Shown: piece after piece, positions 12,114-22,800 of the stretch | How positions within the stretch are numbered: the stretch's first letter is position 1 | Layout of the letters: each line of letters starts with the position of its first letter | Assembly: GCA_907165135.1 (NCBI GenBank) | Contig: OU015567.1 | Location: forward strand, 7,006,001 to 7,070,000 | Direction of reading: 5' to 3' | DNA from: Oikopleura dioica | Taxonomy: Eukaryota > Animalia > Chordata | Length of the DNA: 64,000 nt | Made by a program: the position numbers and the translations under genes | Notes under the pieces: generated by a model | Told to the model about the DNA's origin: nothing | The model's database searches: none | What the model saw: only the letters and a program-made list of their open reading frames with translations

Positions 12114-12575
12114 ACAAAAAGATTGTCTTTTTATTTTTTATTTTCTATATCACCAGCTGCTTTAGCAATTTTCTACTGCCATTTAAGTGACAATCAATCA
12201 AATATTGCCTTTCATTCTAGACCATTTGCTATTTCTCATTTTCAAAATCTGGCACGCTCCGCGTGCAAAATAAACAGAGACAAACACTCATAAAGATTAA
12301 ACTTTATCATTCTGAGACTGATCGTGATCTTAGTTAGCCAGATACATAGCAGTCCTTATCTGATCATCAAACTATTTTGAGATCCTCAATTTTTTTCGTA
12401 GAAAATGTCTGGCTAACTAAGCGCCTTTTTCAACTGCAACGTAAGGATAAAAGTGTCACTGCCATAACTCCTGTAGGGTTCACACTGTTAAATAAAACAA
12501 TTAAAAAAACTGCAAACGAACGCAGATCGATAAAAGATATTTTAAAGAGTTAACGAACAGAATTTAATTATTAGA

Positions 12576-13065
12576 ATGTTAAAAAAGGGATTTATGATTG
12601 CTAGAGACGTCATCATGGCAACAACCGATGAGGACATTGCATATAGGCTCCTCACTGCTTACGACAGTATTAGGAAGTTAAAAATTCGATTAGCCAAAGA
12701 GAATGCCAGCCAAGAAGTGCCGACTGAATCAAGAGAACTCGAAAGAGTCGGTAAATGATATCAAAATAAGAAAATGAGATTAAATTTTGTTCCTTTAGAT
12801 TATATAGAACAAAAAATCAAGTCTCTTGACAGGGATTTTGACCGACTTGGACGAATGATTGAAGAATACATGAGCTCTGACGAGCTCGAAGGCTGGAGGT
12901 ACAGAAAGCAAAATCACTTTTAAAGTAATCAATTTTAGTGACAGAACCGACGCAGTCTGTTACGACAGAGGATCGCCACTTGACGAGCTCTACGGGTTGG
13001 ATCAAGAACTTGACAATCATAACGACGAGCTTGGAGAAATGAAACGAAGATTTGGGCTGGAGTAG
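12576..13065 (+). CDS. Helical orphan, paralog 1 of a tandem triplet
   Basis: 3 exons; N-terminus MLKKGFMIARDVIMATTDEDIAYRLLTAYDSI. Confidence 0.6.
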
Positions 13066-13140
13066 ACCCCCGCGAAGGACTTATAAATGATATTTCTAAA
13101 ATAAACCATCACAGGAGTTGTTTAAAAAAAATGGTTCAGA

Positions 13141-13642
13141 ATGCTTGAGTTCGAAATCATGTTGGCCAGAGATGTCCTTTTAACAGTTGGCAATCATGAC
13201 ATTGTTCTTCAGCTGCTTGATGTCTACGACAAGATACAAGCAGTTCGAACATTGATTCGTCGATTGGGTGGACGATCGCTACTAGACGGAAATTACGAAA
13301 ACTATTTCGAGTATACAAACGAGGAGACCAGCATGGGTAAAATAAGCACAAGGGAAAATGACCCATAAATTATTTAGATCAGTTTATGGTCGACCACAAG
13401 AGTTACCAAAGGGTCGTCAAAAGCATCGGATCAAGGCTGACGAGACTCGTAGGCCTCGAGGCAAGCATCAGGTCAAAAAAACAGTTTTCTCAAAATAACA
13501 ACGGTTAAGGGACGCAATGGAGACGGACGAAGCGCAGACAGAAATTGAGCGACTTTTCACTGTCCGGGAGAATCTGACCGGCTTGGCAGATCGGATTGAA
13601 AGAAAGCGGGAAGAATTAATAAATATGACGGAGCGACAGTAA
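13141..13642 (+). CDS. Helical orphan, paralog 2 of a tandem triplet
   Basis: N-terminus MLEFEIMLARDVLLTVGNHDIVLQLLDVYDKI; similar exon layout. Confidence 0.6.
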
Positions 13643-13713
13643 TCTTTCTGTTAATTAGCCTTGATTCATTGGGAACACTTGGAAACCTATAAAGCACAAT
13701 TAAATATTTTAGT

Positions 13714-14244
13714 ATGATAAATGAAGATTTTTTGATGGCTCGTGCAACAGTGAAAGCAATTAAAAGGAAAGACATTGCGATATGGACAATCCGTGCTTAT
13801 GACACGATGGATGGTACCTCAAGAATGCTGAAACGAGTGATGGAACAAACAGTGAATGCCAACAATGCGCGCGAACTAAGCCGATTGCGACGAGAAACAG
13901 GTAAAAAAAAAAAGAAAAACGTAAAAGCCATAGTAAATAAAAATAAGAACGCGATCACCAAGACATAGTGAAGATCCAAAATGACTTCAAGATTACTGGA
14001 AGAGCGTTCAGCTCCTACCTAGCAGGCATGGGACACCGTGGGATGGAGATGTGGTAACTGATTAAAGAACACAGTTCAGAATATTAACGTTAACTTCAGG
14101 GAACGAGTAAGAAGAGCGCGACGTGACAGATATGGCCCGATTGCGCGAATTTTGGAAGTTCACCGACAACTTGTCGCCCTCACTAGGCGAGTGAAATGGC
14201 GAAAAAGATACGTCAAGCACTTCCTTACCACCGAATTAGAATAA
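13714..14244 (+). CDS. Helical orphan, paralog 3 of a tandem triplet
   Basis: N-terminus MINEDFLMARATVKAIKRKDIAIWTIRAYDTM; similar exon layout. Confidence 0.55.
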
Positions 14245-14595
14245 GGTAAATATCAAACAAAGAAAAAACTCAAAATAGCTTTAAGGATGATCTCCCACGA
14301 ACAGAGAAACAACTGCCTATGTGTTTAAGATCTAGAGTGAACTAAATAAACATTAAAAATCTATCTCAAGTTTCATATTTTCCTAGATAAATATGATCTT
14401 TTTATACACGGTTTGCAAAGAATACACGACATGCAAGAGATGCAGGAATAGGTAAAAAAGATGACCTAATCGCATAAGATCAGCTCGACTTACAGAAGCC
14501 ACTCATTATACGCAGGTGATTACCGGATGCAGAGTACACAAGCACGCTTCGCGTGCGCTATAATCAGGATCAACAAAACAAACTCACTTATTCAA

Positions 14596-14880
14596 TTATT
14601 GTAAATTATAATGATGCGCAATATCTTTCCAGTATGTTTTACGGTCGATAGGGTAGAGGTTTGCTTTTCGGGCAAATGTTTCTGAGTAAGACTTTCGAAT
14701 CTCCGCGAGTCGTTTTGCGGTAAATTCTTCGATGAATTCTTCTTCTTCAAATGACTCAGGTGAGAGCCAGTAAGGGCAATTCTCAAGGATGTAGAGTTCC
14801 TTCCCCGAAACGTCGTATTTCATGCCTTTTTTGGTAAATTTAAGACGAAGGAAATTGGTAATCTTTTTGGTAAGTTTCAT
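14596..14880 (-). CDS. Hypothetical 94-aa protein
   Basis: ATG-initiated ORF convergent with the triplet; no domain recognised. Confidence 0.45.
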   Translation of the reverse strand: MKLTKKITNFLRLKFTKKGMKYDVSGKELYILENCPYWLSPESFEEEEFIEEFTAKRLAEIRKSYSETFARKANLYPIDRKTYWKDIAHHYNLQ

Positions 14881-15209
14881 GTTTGATGGTAGTTATGCGT
14901 GAAATCGGCTGTTTTATACTATTCACAGATGTGACTACAGCCGCGCGCCAGCCATCAATGCGCGGACGTAGTTAATGCAGCTGTCAAGTTCTGCGAAAAT
15001 GAGAAGTAATTACTTTTTCATTCAAGGGAAGGTATCAAATATCTATGACATCAATTTACTTCTGAAACCAATATCACATAAAACTACATTTCTCAACCGT
15101 CTACGCTGTCGTTCCGATTCTTTTTCTTAATAAAACACAAGTGATTTTAGAAACAAAATAATTTATTTTTTTTTTATAAAGAAAACCGACAAGAAAGTCA
15201 GAACAGTTT

Positions 15210-16940
15210 TCAAAGTTCGTCACCCCAAACATCAGCTCCACCAAATGAAACAGCCACAGTTGGAGTTGACACCACGATGGAATAGTGTCCATCGCTCAGC
15301 TCTCGTTCAAGGTCGGCGAGCTGAGCGTGCTTCTCCTTGTAGAAGTTGGAGATTCGCATCAAGACGACGGACAGCGGATCGCTGCCGTTTTTGTGGACTA
15401 AAATATTTCTGTAACATGTCATAAGCATTAAAACTTACCGTTCTCCGCTTCAGTCAAAAGGGGGCGAGTGAAGGTAACCCCTGGACGCTTGATGGGCATT
15501 GGAAACAGGTGGTTTCCATAGCCAGCGTACACGGCATCCTCCGGTGTGATGCGAAGGATGGTTCTTCCATGGTTGGCGACGTTGACAGGGGCGCCTTTAA
15601 TCCAAACGACCCCGTAGCTTCCACCCCGAGCATTCTTCGACGGTGGTTGGCCGAAGACGCCCGCGTTATCCGTCGGACGCTTGCGAGAAGTGGTAGGCTC
15701 GTCGAGACCAACTTGGTCGAGCGCCTCCATGCTTCCGATTCGACGAGCGTCACGTTGCTCTACTCGTCGTTGCTGCAGAAGGCGGGGGTGAGCGTCGGCG
15801 ACGTCGGAGGGTTGCTGCGGAATTCCTTCGTATCTAAACACAAAAATTATGATCAAACAGAAGACAACCAATCTTATTGAAAATGTAAGCGTATTGTAGT
15901 GATATATAGAACCCGCAAGTTATCCTACTCCATTAATTATGATAAATACGTACCCAACTTCGAATTCTCGGGTTGGACCGAATCGGAAGAATTGTCCGCT
16001 GCCTCCCATCGATGGGGGAAACATCGGGTAGGGAAAGATGGCATTGGGGGTGAGGGAGCTGGGATGCTGGTACAATCGTGCACCCTTCACGAAATGGGGG
16101 TCCAGGCCGACGAAAGGTGAGGGCGGAAGCGGAGCTCCAATCGGCGTGCCAGGGACGAAACGATGCGGTGCGTTGAAGCCAACCGGGAACTGGAAGACAG
16201 GGTTCACACCCATCGCACCATAGGGGCTAAACGCGTACGCTGCTGGAAGGGCGCTCGGAACTCCAGGCCAGTTCGCAAAGTTGGCGCTTTGCTCCTGTGG
16301 TAAAGGAGCAGCAGGCGCGTCTTCGCCGATGTTCGTCGGGATCACTAGATTCCGAAGCCGAGGAGCACCACGCCGAGCTGCCAAGTCGCTTTCCTTTTTA
16401 CATGTTTTCAAAAAATATTACAATCCATTTAATAATAATTAATTAAAACATTTTCCTTATGGTCAGCGGGCGCCCTTTCCCATCCTGCATTCGTTCGAAT
16501 CGGACGGGCCTCAAAGAAGAAGCTAGAATCCTTTTCGTCCTGAGAATTCGGATCCCATGCTCCAAGCGTGACTTCGAGCTGGTTATCCGCTAAATTTCAT
16601 TTTTAGATATTAAAGCAATATCAAATTATTAATGTTACTCATAAAATTCATAAAATATGCAATTCAAATTTAAGTCAAGTGTAGAATATCTTTTTGCAAC
16701 ACTTACATTCATTCAGACGAGTCAGATTCTCGAGATCGACGACTTCAGGGGGGCAATCGGGACGTCGACGTCCATTTCGGTTAAAAATCGTTCCAAACTA
16801 AGAAATTTTAAAACTATTAACGTAATTTCTACAACGTACCCGATGCATATTCTCCAAAAGTTATTGTCCGAGAACTGCAACTTTGAAAACTGATTGAATT
16901 TGACCACACGATCTCTTATATACCCGTCGAAAACATCCAT
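15210..16940 (-). CDS. Multi-exon orphan with a Pro/Ala/Gly-rich central region
   Basis: The ORF pieces 16722-16940, ~16457-16580, 15920-16411, 15428-15871 and 15210-15428 can be linked by short introns (one AAG|GA donor). GC-rich coding blocks alternate with AT-rich gaps. Confidence 0.55.
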
Positions 16941-17567
16941 GTTCTAGAAACACCTGCCAACAATATCTTATGAATTTTTACAAGAAAATGATAAAAATCA
17001 ATACGAAAATGCAATAAAACAAAGAAAAGAATAAAGCTAGAAAGTAAAGAATTGGAGTAGGAATCGAGATGATGCCAGCGCGAGTAATAGTGTAATTTTG
17101 TAGAAGAAAGCCCATATATTCCAGGAGAAAAACCCAAATTTGTCAATAAAATGCCATTTTCTCAGAATTCAACCGTTAATTTTCGCTAAAATTTGGTATA
17201 TAGAATAATTATTGAGAGTTCTCAATATTTACATAGAAGAAATCCAAATGAATACACTAACTGAAGAAAAAAAGAACTTTAGAAGTGAATACATGTATGA
17301 CATACGCAAAAACGAATTTCACTCGATTCTAGAACAAAAACAACAATAAAAAAAAAACAATTGTCACAAGAGCCACTTTCAAACTTCTAATGACACAATT
17401 AAATTGCATCGATGAATTATCGCCACCGATGGCCTTCTCAATTGCAAAACCCTAATTCATACGCGGCCAAGTATTCCTAACTCGTACGTAACGCTTACTA
17501 CACAGCTCAAACCGACTACAAAACAACCGTTATCAACAAAAGACGAATCAACCGCGATAAATAGACA

Positions 17568-17864
17568 GTGATGACAAGACAGGTTAAGAAAGAAGATTAT
17601 ATTTTATTTATGCACAGATTGCACAAAAAAAAGAAAGGCCAATATTTATCGGCGTCGTTGATTCTGGCCGAAGTTGAACTCCATGCCACCGCGAGTTTTG
17701 ATGGCGATCGTGAAATGACCATTGATCACATCGTCTTCGAAAGTCTGGAAACGCTCCAGAATTTGCGCATCTTGCCGCATGAGAGATTCAACGGCAATTG
17801 CCCGTTCTGCAGGGCGGAGAGAGTCCAGTTCGAGGGCCCGATACAGCGCGTTTCGCTCGGCTAA
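17568..17864 (+). CDS. Hypothetical protein with a CPFC motif
   Basis: 98-aa ORF with GNCPFCRAE; function unknown. Confidence 0.35.
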   Translation: MMTRQVKKEDYILFMHRLHKKKKGQYLSASLILAEVELHATASFDGDREMTIDHIVFESLETLQNLRILPHERFNGNCPFCRAERVQFEGPIQRVSLG

Positions 17865-18879
17865 TATAAATATAAGGTTGGAAAATGTATCGAATCATAC
17901 CGTTGTAAGCAGCCGAGCCAGGAAGGTGCTCCACGTCTTCCGGCAAGGGTTGCTGTCGAGGCTGGGGTCGCTCCCGGGGCTGAGATGGTTGATGCTCCAC
18001 TCGGCGCTGGTCCAACACGCGTTCGCTGCTACGAGCGCGTCGAGAATCACGAACAGAGTCGGTTCGGCGAACTCTACCACGTTCCATTTCAACTTCACTC
18101 AGCTGAGACGCCGAGTCAGAGGTTGAAACATCGCTAGCAGAGGACGACGAGTAGGTATTAGCTCGTGTAGACTATAAATAAGAAGTGAATGATTATTATT
18201 AAAATTCCACCGCCAAATTATGTCAAAATAATAGTACAATGAAAATAACAATTAAAATTAATCTATAGCTCCACAGTAGACACTCAAAAATAAAAAAGAA
18301 CTTACCGGCATTTTTGGACTTTCGGCCTTTTCTCTATCCAGACAGACGAGAACTGACGAATTTGAAAACACATCCCAGAAGTTAACCAAAGTTCTAGAAA
18401 TAGTTAGAAGACGAAAAATAAAAACATGTTAAATTTGTAAACAAACACAGTTCTAGAACACCTGTTATTAAGATACCTTTAAATTTCCATTGAAGCGAAC
18501 GGAGGCGGACATGATGGATAGCAAGGACGTGAATTCAGTTGAGAGCGTGCGTAGGCGGGCAAAATGAGCCAGCTAACCCAATTGGTCGCAACGCGAGCGA
18601 CAAAACCAGTACACGAGATTTTTTGCGAGAAAGACACCAAATTTTTAAAAAATATTCAATCATATTTCCCGGAGATCTAATAAACCACGATTCACCTTCT
18701 GCCAAAAGGAAAATCATGGCTAAACCCCGTTTCTGCCAAAAACGAGGCTTAGAAATTAAATCTACAGGCAATATCATCCGAATATTTGAAAATTATATAA
18801 AATCTCGTGCAATTTATTCATAAAAAATCAATCTTAATTCTTACTTATAAAATGCAGTTCCCACAATTTCGAGCAAAAA

Positions 18880-19232
18880 ATGTTTTCTAGGGGCGATTTC
18901 ACCGAAAAAGTCCAACAGGGCGACCAAAAATTTCCCCCAACCCGCCCCCAACTCCGTTGCATCCTAACTATTTCGTGGGTACAAAAAATAAATTCCGCGA
19001 GAAATCCGTTTTCTAGGGACGCTTTCACCGAAAAAGTCCAACAGGAGGACCAAAAATTTCCCCCAACCCGCCCCCAACTTCGTTGCATCCTAACCATTTA
19101 GTGGGTACAAAAAAAATAACTTCCGCAAAAAATCCATTTTCTAGGGGCGCTTTCACCGAAAAAGTCCAACAGGGCGACTAAAAAATTTCCCCCATCCCAC
19201 CCCCAGCTACCAACCATTTCGTGAGTACAAAA
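18880..19232. repeat. Three ~127-bp tandem repeats with C-runs
   Basis: TTCTAGGG..TTTCACCGAAAAAGTCCAACAGG..AAAAATTTCCCC(C)A..CC.CCCCCA; TTCTAG at 18885, 19011 and 19139. Confidence 0.92.
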
Positions 19233-19238
19233 TGGCTG

Positions 19239-19445
19239 GCCAGTTGGGAATGGCACGCTCCGCGTGCCCAATATTATTCGAGGGGAAATAAGTTGGGAAG
19301 GGTTGGTTAGTTGGGAAGGTGGGCCAGTTGGGAATGGCACGCTCCGCGTGCAATATAAAATTCGAGAGAAAGTAAGTTGGGGAGGGTTGGTTAGTTGGGA
19401 AGGTGGGCCAGTTGGGAATGGCACGCTCCGCGTGCAATATAAAAG
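19239..19445. repeat. About 2.5 copies of an 84-bp repeat, each with the hairpin GCACGC-TCC-GCGTGC
   Basis: GGCCAGTTGGGAATGGCACGCTCCGCGTGC; hairpins at 19253, 19337 and 19421. Confidence 0.93.
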
Positions 19446-19865
19446 TCGAGAAAAATAAATTCGAGAAAAATGGAGTTTTTTTGCGCGGAAAACATTTGCG
19501 CGGAAAAAAAAATGCACGAAAGTGAATTTGCCAGGTTTTCGTGCAAGTGCCATTCGCGCAACACGATTTCCGAGCAATTACCATTCGAGTTTTGCGATTT
19601 TGGGGCAATTCTTATTCGCGCACTTTTATTTCCGTGCAGTCCAATTGGCCCCTGGAAGTCATTAATTTTATCGTGGATTTTCTTTATCAACGAAAACATA
19701 ATTATAAATTACTATCATGTCTTGATTGGACATAATTTGATCATTAATTGATTGTTGAACTTTAATTTCCAAACCTCGATCGAAGCGCTGAAAGGTAATT
19801 GTTTGTTATGCTCTGTTCCTGGGAAAATTAGGTCTTTCCTAGGCTCGTCAATAGAAGATGAGAAC

Positions 19866-22800
19866 ATGTCCGACTTCGAAACGCGGGGAGCTTACGCGGC
19901 TTTGTCTCAAGCAGCCGGCCGTCTCAGGTGGAATATACTTTTATTCTACTTCAAATGGCAATCCCGCCCAGCTAAAGAAAAAACGGATAGTCGGATAGAT
20001 AAGGTTCCCTGAAGAGATTACTAGATCAATTATTTTAAATAAATAATTTATTTAGCTGCTCAGCAAATGAGCATGCTGGGGCTCTACCTGTGTGGGCTCA
20101 ACCTGTGTAAAACCTGAGTCAGGATATGACAGACCTTTGATGAAAAGCCGCGTAGCGGCTTTTAAACGAAGCCGCGAAGCCGAATAGATTGGAATTTTAG
20201 CTTGCGGCTTCGTTAAGAAAAAGCCGCTACGCGGCTTTTCATCAACGATCTGTCAGACCCTGACTCAGGTTTCTACAAAGGTTGCCGAGTCCAGTTCTAG
20301 GGTAGGGTAAGTGTTGGGTTCCAATAATGGGTAAGTTCAGGACTTTGATTGGCTAAAAGATAGAGAAGTATTTTCTGATTGAGTGAAGCCTTCAAAGATA
20401 TTTTTGACTCAAATTAGTAAGAAGAAGAAGCAACACGAACTAAGGTTTAAAAGAGCGTGAACTTTCCGTAGTATGGATTGCGCCGTTTTAAAAGGGCTCA
20501 CCTTAAGACGGCCTTAAAAGGGCGTGAAGTTATTGTATCAACCTGGTACGGCCGTTCAAAATCGCTCAATCTCGATTTAACTAGATTTGTTAACAACGAC
20601 CTTTTTGAACTGAGAAGTTCTTAGAAGCGTTATTTTCTTCTTGGAAGGACTCTCCGCTACTCCTGCTGACAGTTGCGGGGAGCAATAAACACAGAAGCAG
20701 TAATCGGTCTAGGTCGGGGTAAATTCAATCAGGGCCCTCTCTTGGTTAGACGACTCTGAAATCTGCGCCAACAATTAGTTGTTTAGAGGAATCATAGCAC
20801 TGGTCAACTCCGGCTACTTGACCGTGGACATTTTGCTCAATAATCTTGAAGCGTCTGCGCGAACTCTTGAAGCTCTCTACGGTAAGAAATTGGAAATTGT
20901 TCTCAGCAACCTGTGTGGAATCCTGAGTCAGTATCTTAAGGGAGTGTACCTAAAAAGTGAATGGAAATATGCTCGAAATCGTTGTTGACACCCTAAGTTC
21001 AAAAAATTAAATTAAAATGGCACACTTGTCGAAGCCGCTTTGCTCTGAGGTTTTTACACTGGTTGCCGAGTCCTAATTGGAATTTTTGCTTTGAAAAGAC
21101 CTCAATTGACATTTGTAGCCGTCGAAATGGGCCACGATCATGAAGACGCGAGCGTTTTCACCGAGTGCGGAACCGCCGGTGAATTCAATGCTCTTCGAAG
21201 AATCTCGGAAACAGCTGAAATTCCGTCAGAAGTAAAGAACTGGCTGGTCGGGACGTTCTGCCGGACAGAGATTACAAAAGCGAGTAAGTTGTTTATGCAG
21301 AGTTGAGCAGATTAGATCATCTCCTAATTGTCGAATTTGCATAAAACAGCGAGGCTGAATTCGAAAAACGCAGAATTAGAAAATGAATCTACTGTTTTCT
21401 GGGCAGCAGAAGCAGTTTCAAGCAAAGAATTACAGTAAGGAAAGGGCAAAACGGTAATGATCAGAACAAGCCATAAAGTAATAATTTCTGTTTACTCCAG
21501 GTTTTTCATCTTCGAATAAATTGAATCTCGAGAGAAGAGCTGGCGTTTTTATCAGAGGATCGTGTCAGACAGAGGGTGCGCGGCTCTCGAATAGGCACTT
21601 TCGCCCATTTTTCGCGGCCATAAAAGTGCCTAAGCCAAGCTTTAAAATGTCAGAAGGCCATCATTAAATACGGATCATCTTACAAAGGTTAAACATTAAC
21701 CCCTCGCGAAGCAGAGTTGTGCGTATTCCTTGCCGCCAATAAAACAAACATAGAAACGTTTTTTTTTCTTTTTTCGCGAGAAAAAAAAACGAAAAGCGAA
21801 AAAAAATCATTCAATTTTCAAAAAAAAACACCTAAAAATCACTCATTTTTGGGAGACATAGAAGAGAAGAATTTCAAAAAACAAGAAAAAAAAACAGTGA
21901 ATTGCCCCGAGGCGCGTGAGCTCGAAATGAAGCTGGAATTTCAATGAGCCGGGAATTGTCTTGCAAACTTTGTCAGGCGATAACGCAGAGTCAGAAGAAA
22001 GGGACGAGATTTTTAACTTACGGGAAAGGGACACGAAAAAGAATGCGCGGGGAAATGTTGTGACATTGAATGATAGCTCTGTATTTGCATGACAGTTAAA
22101 GTTACTGAGCGCGTCATACCTTGAACGAACCAACAAAACAGAATTACCGAATTTCCCCTTGTTCAAAACTTCGCTCAAAAAACATAGGAAAAAGGGCCTC
22201 AGTCGCCCTAAATCAATATTATCAATTTGAAAAGAGAGCCGACTTATCCTACTTATATTTGCCGAACTTGGCCCTCAAAAATTACGAAAACTCGGCGACT
22301 CCATCTGTGCTCACAGAATTAAGTACAATTGTCAGAACTATCAACTTGGAGTTTGTCCTGAGATTAAAATCCTTGAGAAAGTGCGCTTTTCAGTAGTTTT
22401 TTTTCTGAAGAAGTTTTTTTTCTTACTGTACTTTTGCGCAGGTAGAAGATTATTTTTTCGTTCGTTGCAATTTGGAACACGAAAACTGACCTTTTAAAGC
22501 CCGGAAACATTAAAATTCGAGAATATCCGGTCATTTCTATTTCGATTTTTGGTTTTGTCAATTCTGAAAATTTGTGTCCCGCATAATGGCATGGCTGAGC
22601 AGGACGGCAAATATCAGGACTATACCGAGACGTTCCTGCCCAAGGGTGGACACCAGCGCAGTGAAAAGGAGCATCCAGATGATTTGGACAATGAAAAGTG
22701 AGTTGCTAACAATATTTTAGATGAAGGAAACAAGAAAAAATTCAAGGTCTTAGGAAAATGGTCCATAAAAATATCATTGATTTTGAATTTTGGTAATTAT

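Larger units (their letters stand above)
1..19450. mobile_element. Right arm of a putative large endogenous DNA virus or giant self-replicating element; left end lies outside the window
   Basis: Dense, mostly co-oriented cassette of divergent replication genes (3 clamps, PriS, PriL) plus RING genes and orphans. Private hairpin motif. Tandem arrays at 18.88-19.45 kb. No copy of the host AACCTGAGTCAGG MITE seen before ~20.08 kb. No capsid, polymerase or integrase gene seen. Confidence 0.65.

Noticed and set aside
12329-12421. 14-bp inverted repeat CTTAGTTAGCCAGA..TCTGGCTAACTAAG as a MITE
   Set aside because: Single copy, no TSD, too little evidence.
15454-16223. Alternative-frame and antisense ORFs over GC-rich exons (also 5276-5596, 11775-12083, 59350-59751, 59862-60168)
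   Set aside because: These are shadow ORFs of the better-supported frames.
1-19450. Assignment to herpesvirus/Teratorn, Polinton, Helitron or a named nucleocytovirus group
   Set aside because: No capsid, terminase, PolB, packaging ATPase, Rep/Hel or integrase motif is visible in the window, so the class cannot be supported.
18834-19699. ORFs in the terminal arrays (18834-19097, 18880-19101, 19098-19577, 19207-19608)
   Set aside because: The translations just mirror the DNA repeat periodicity.
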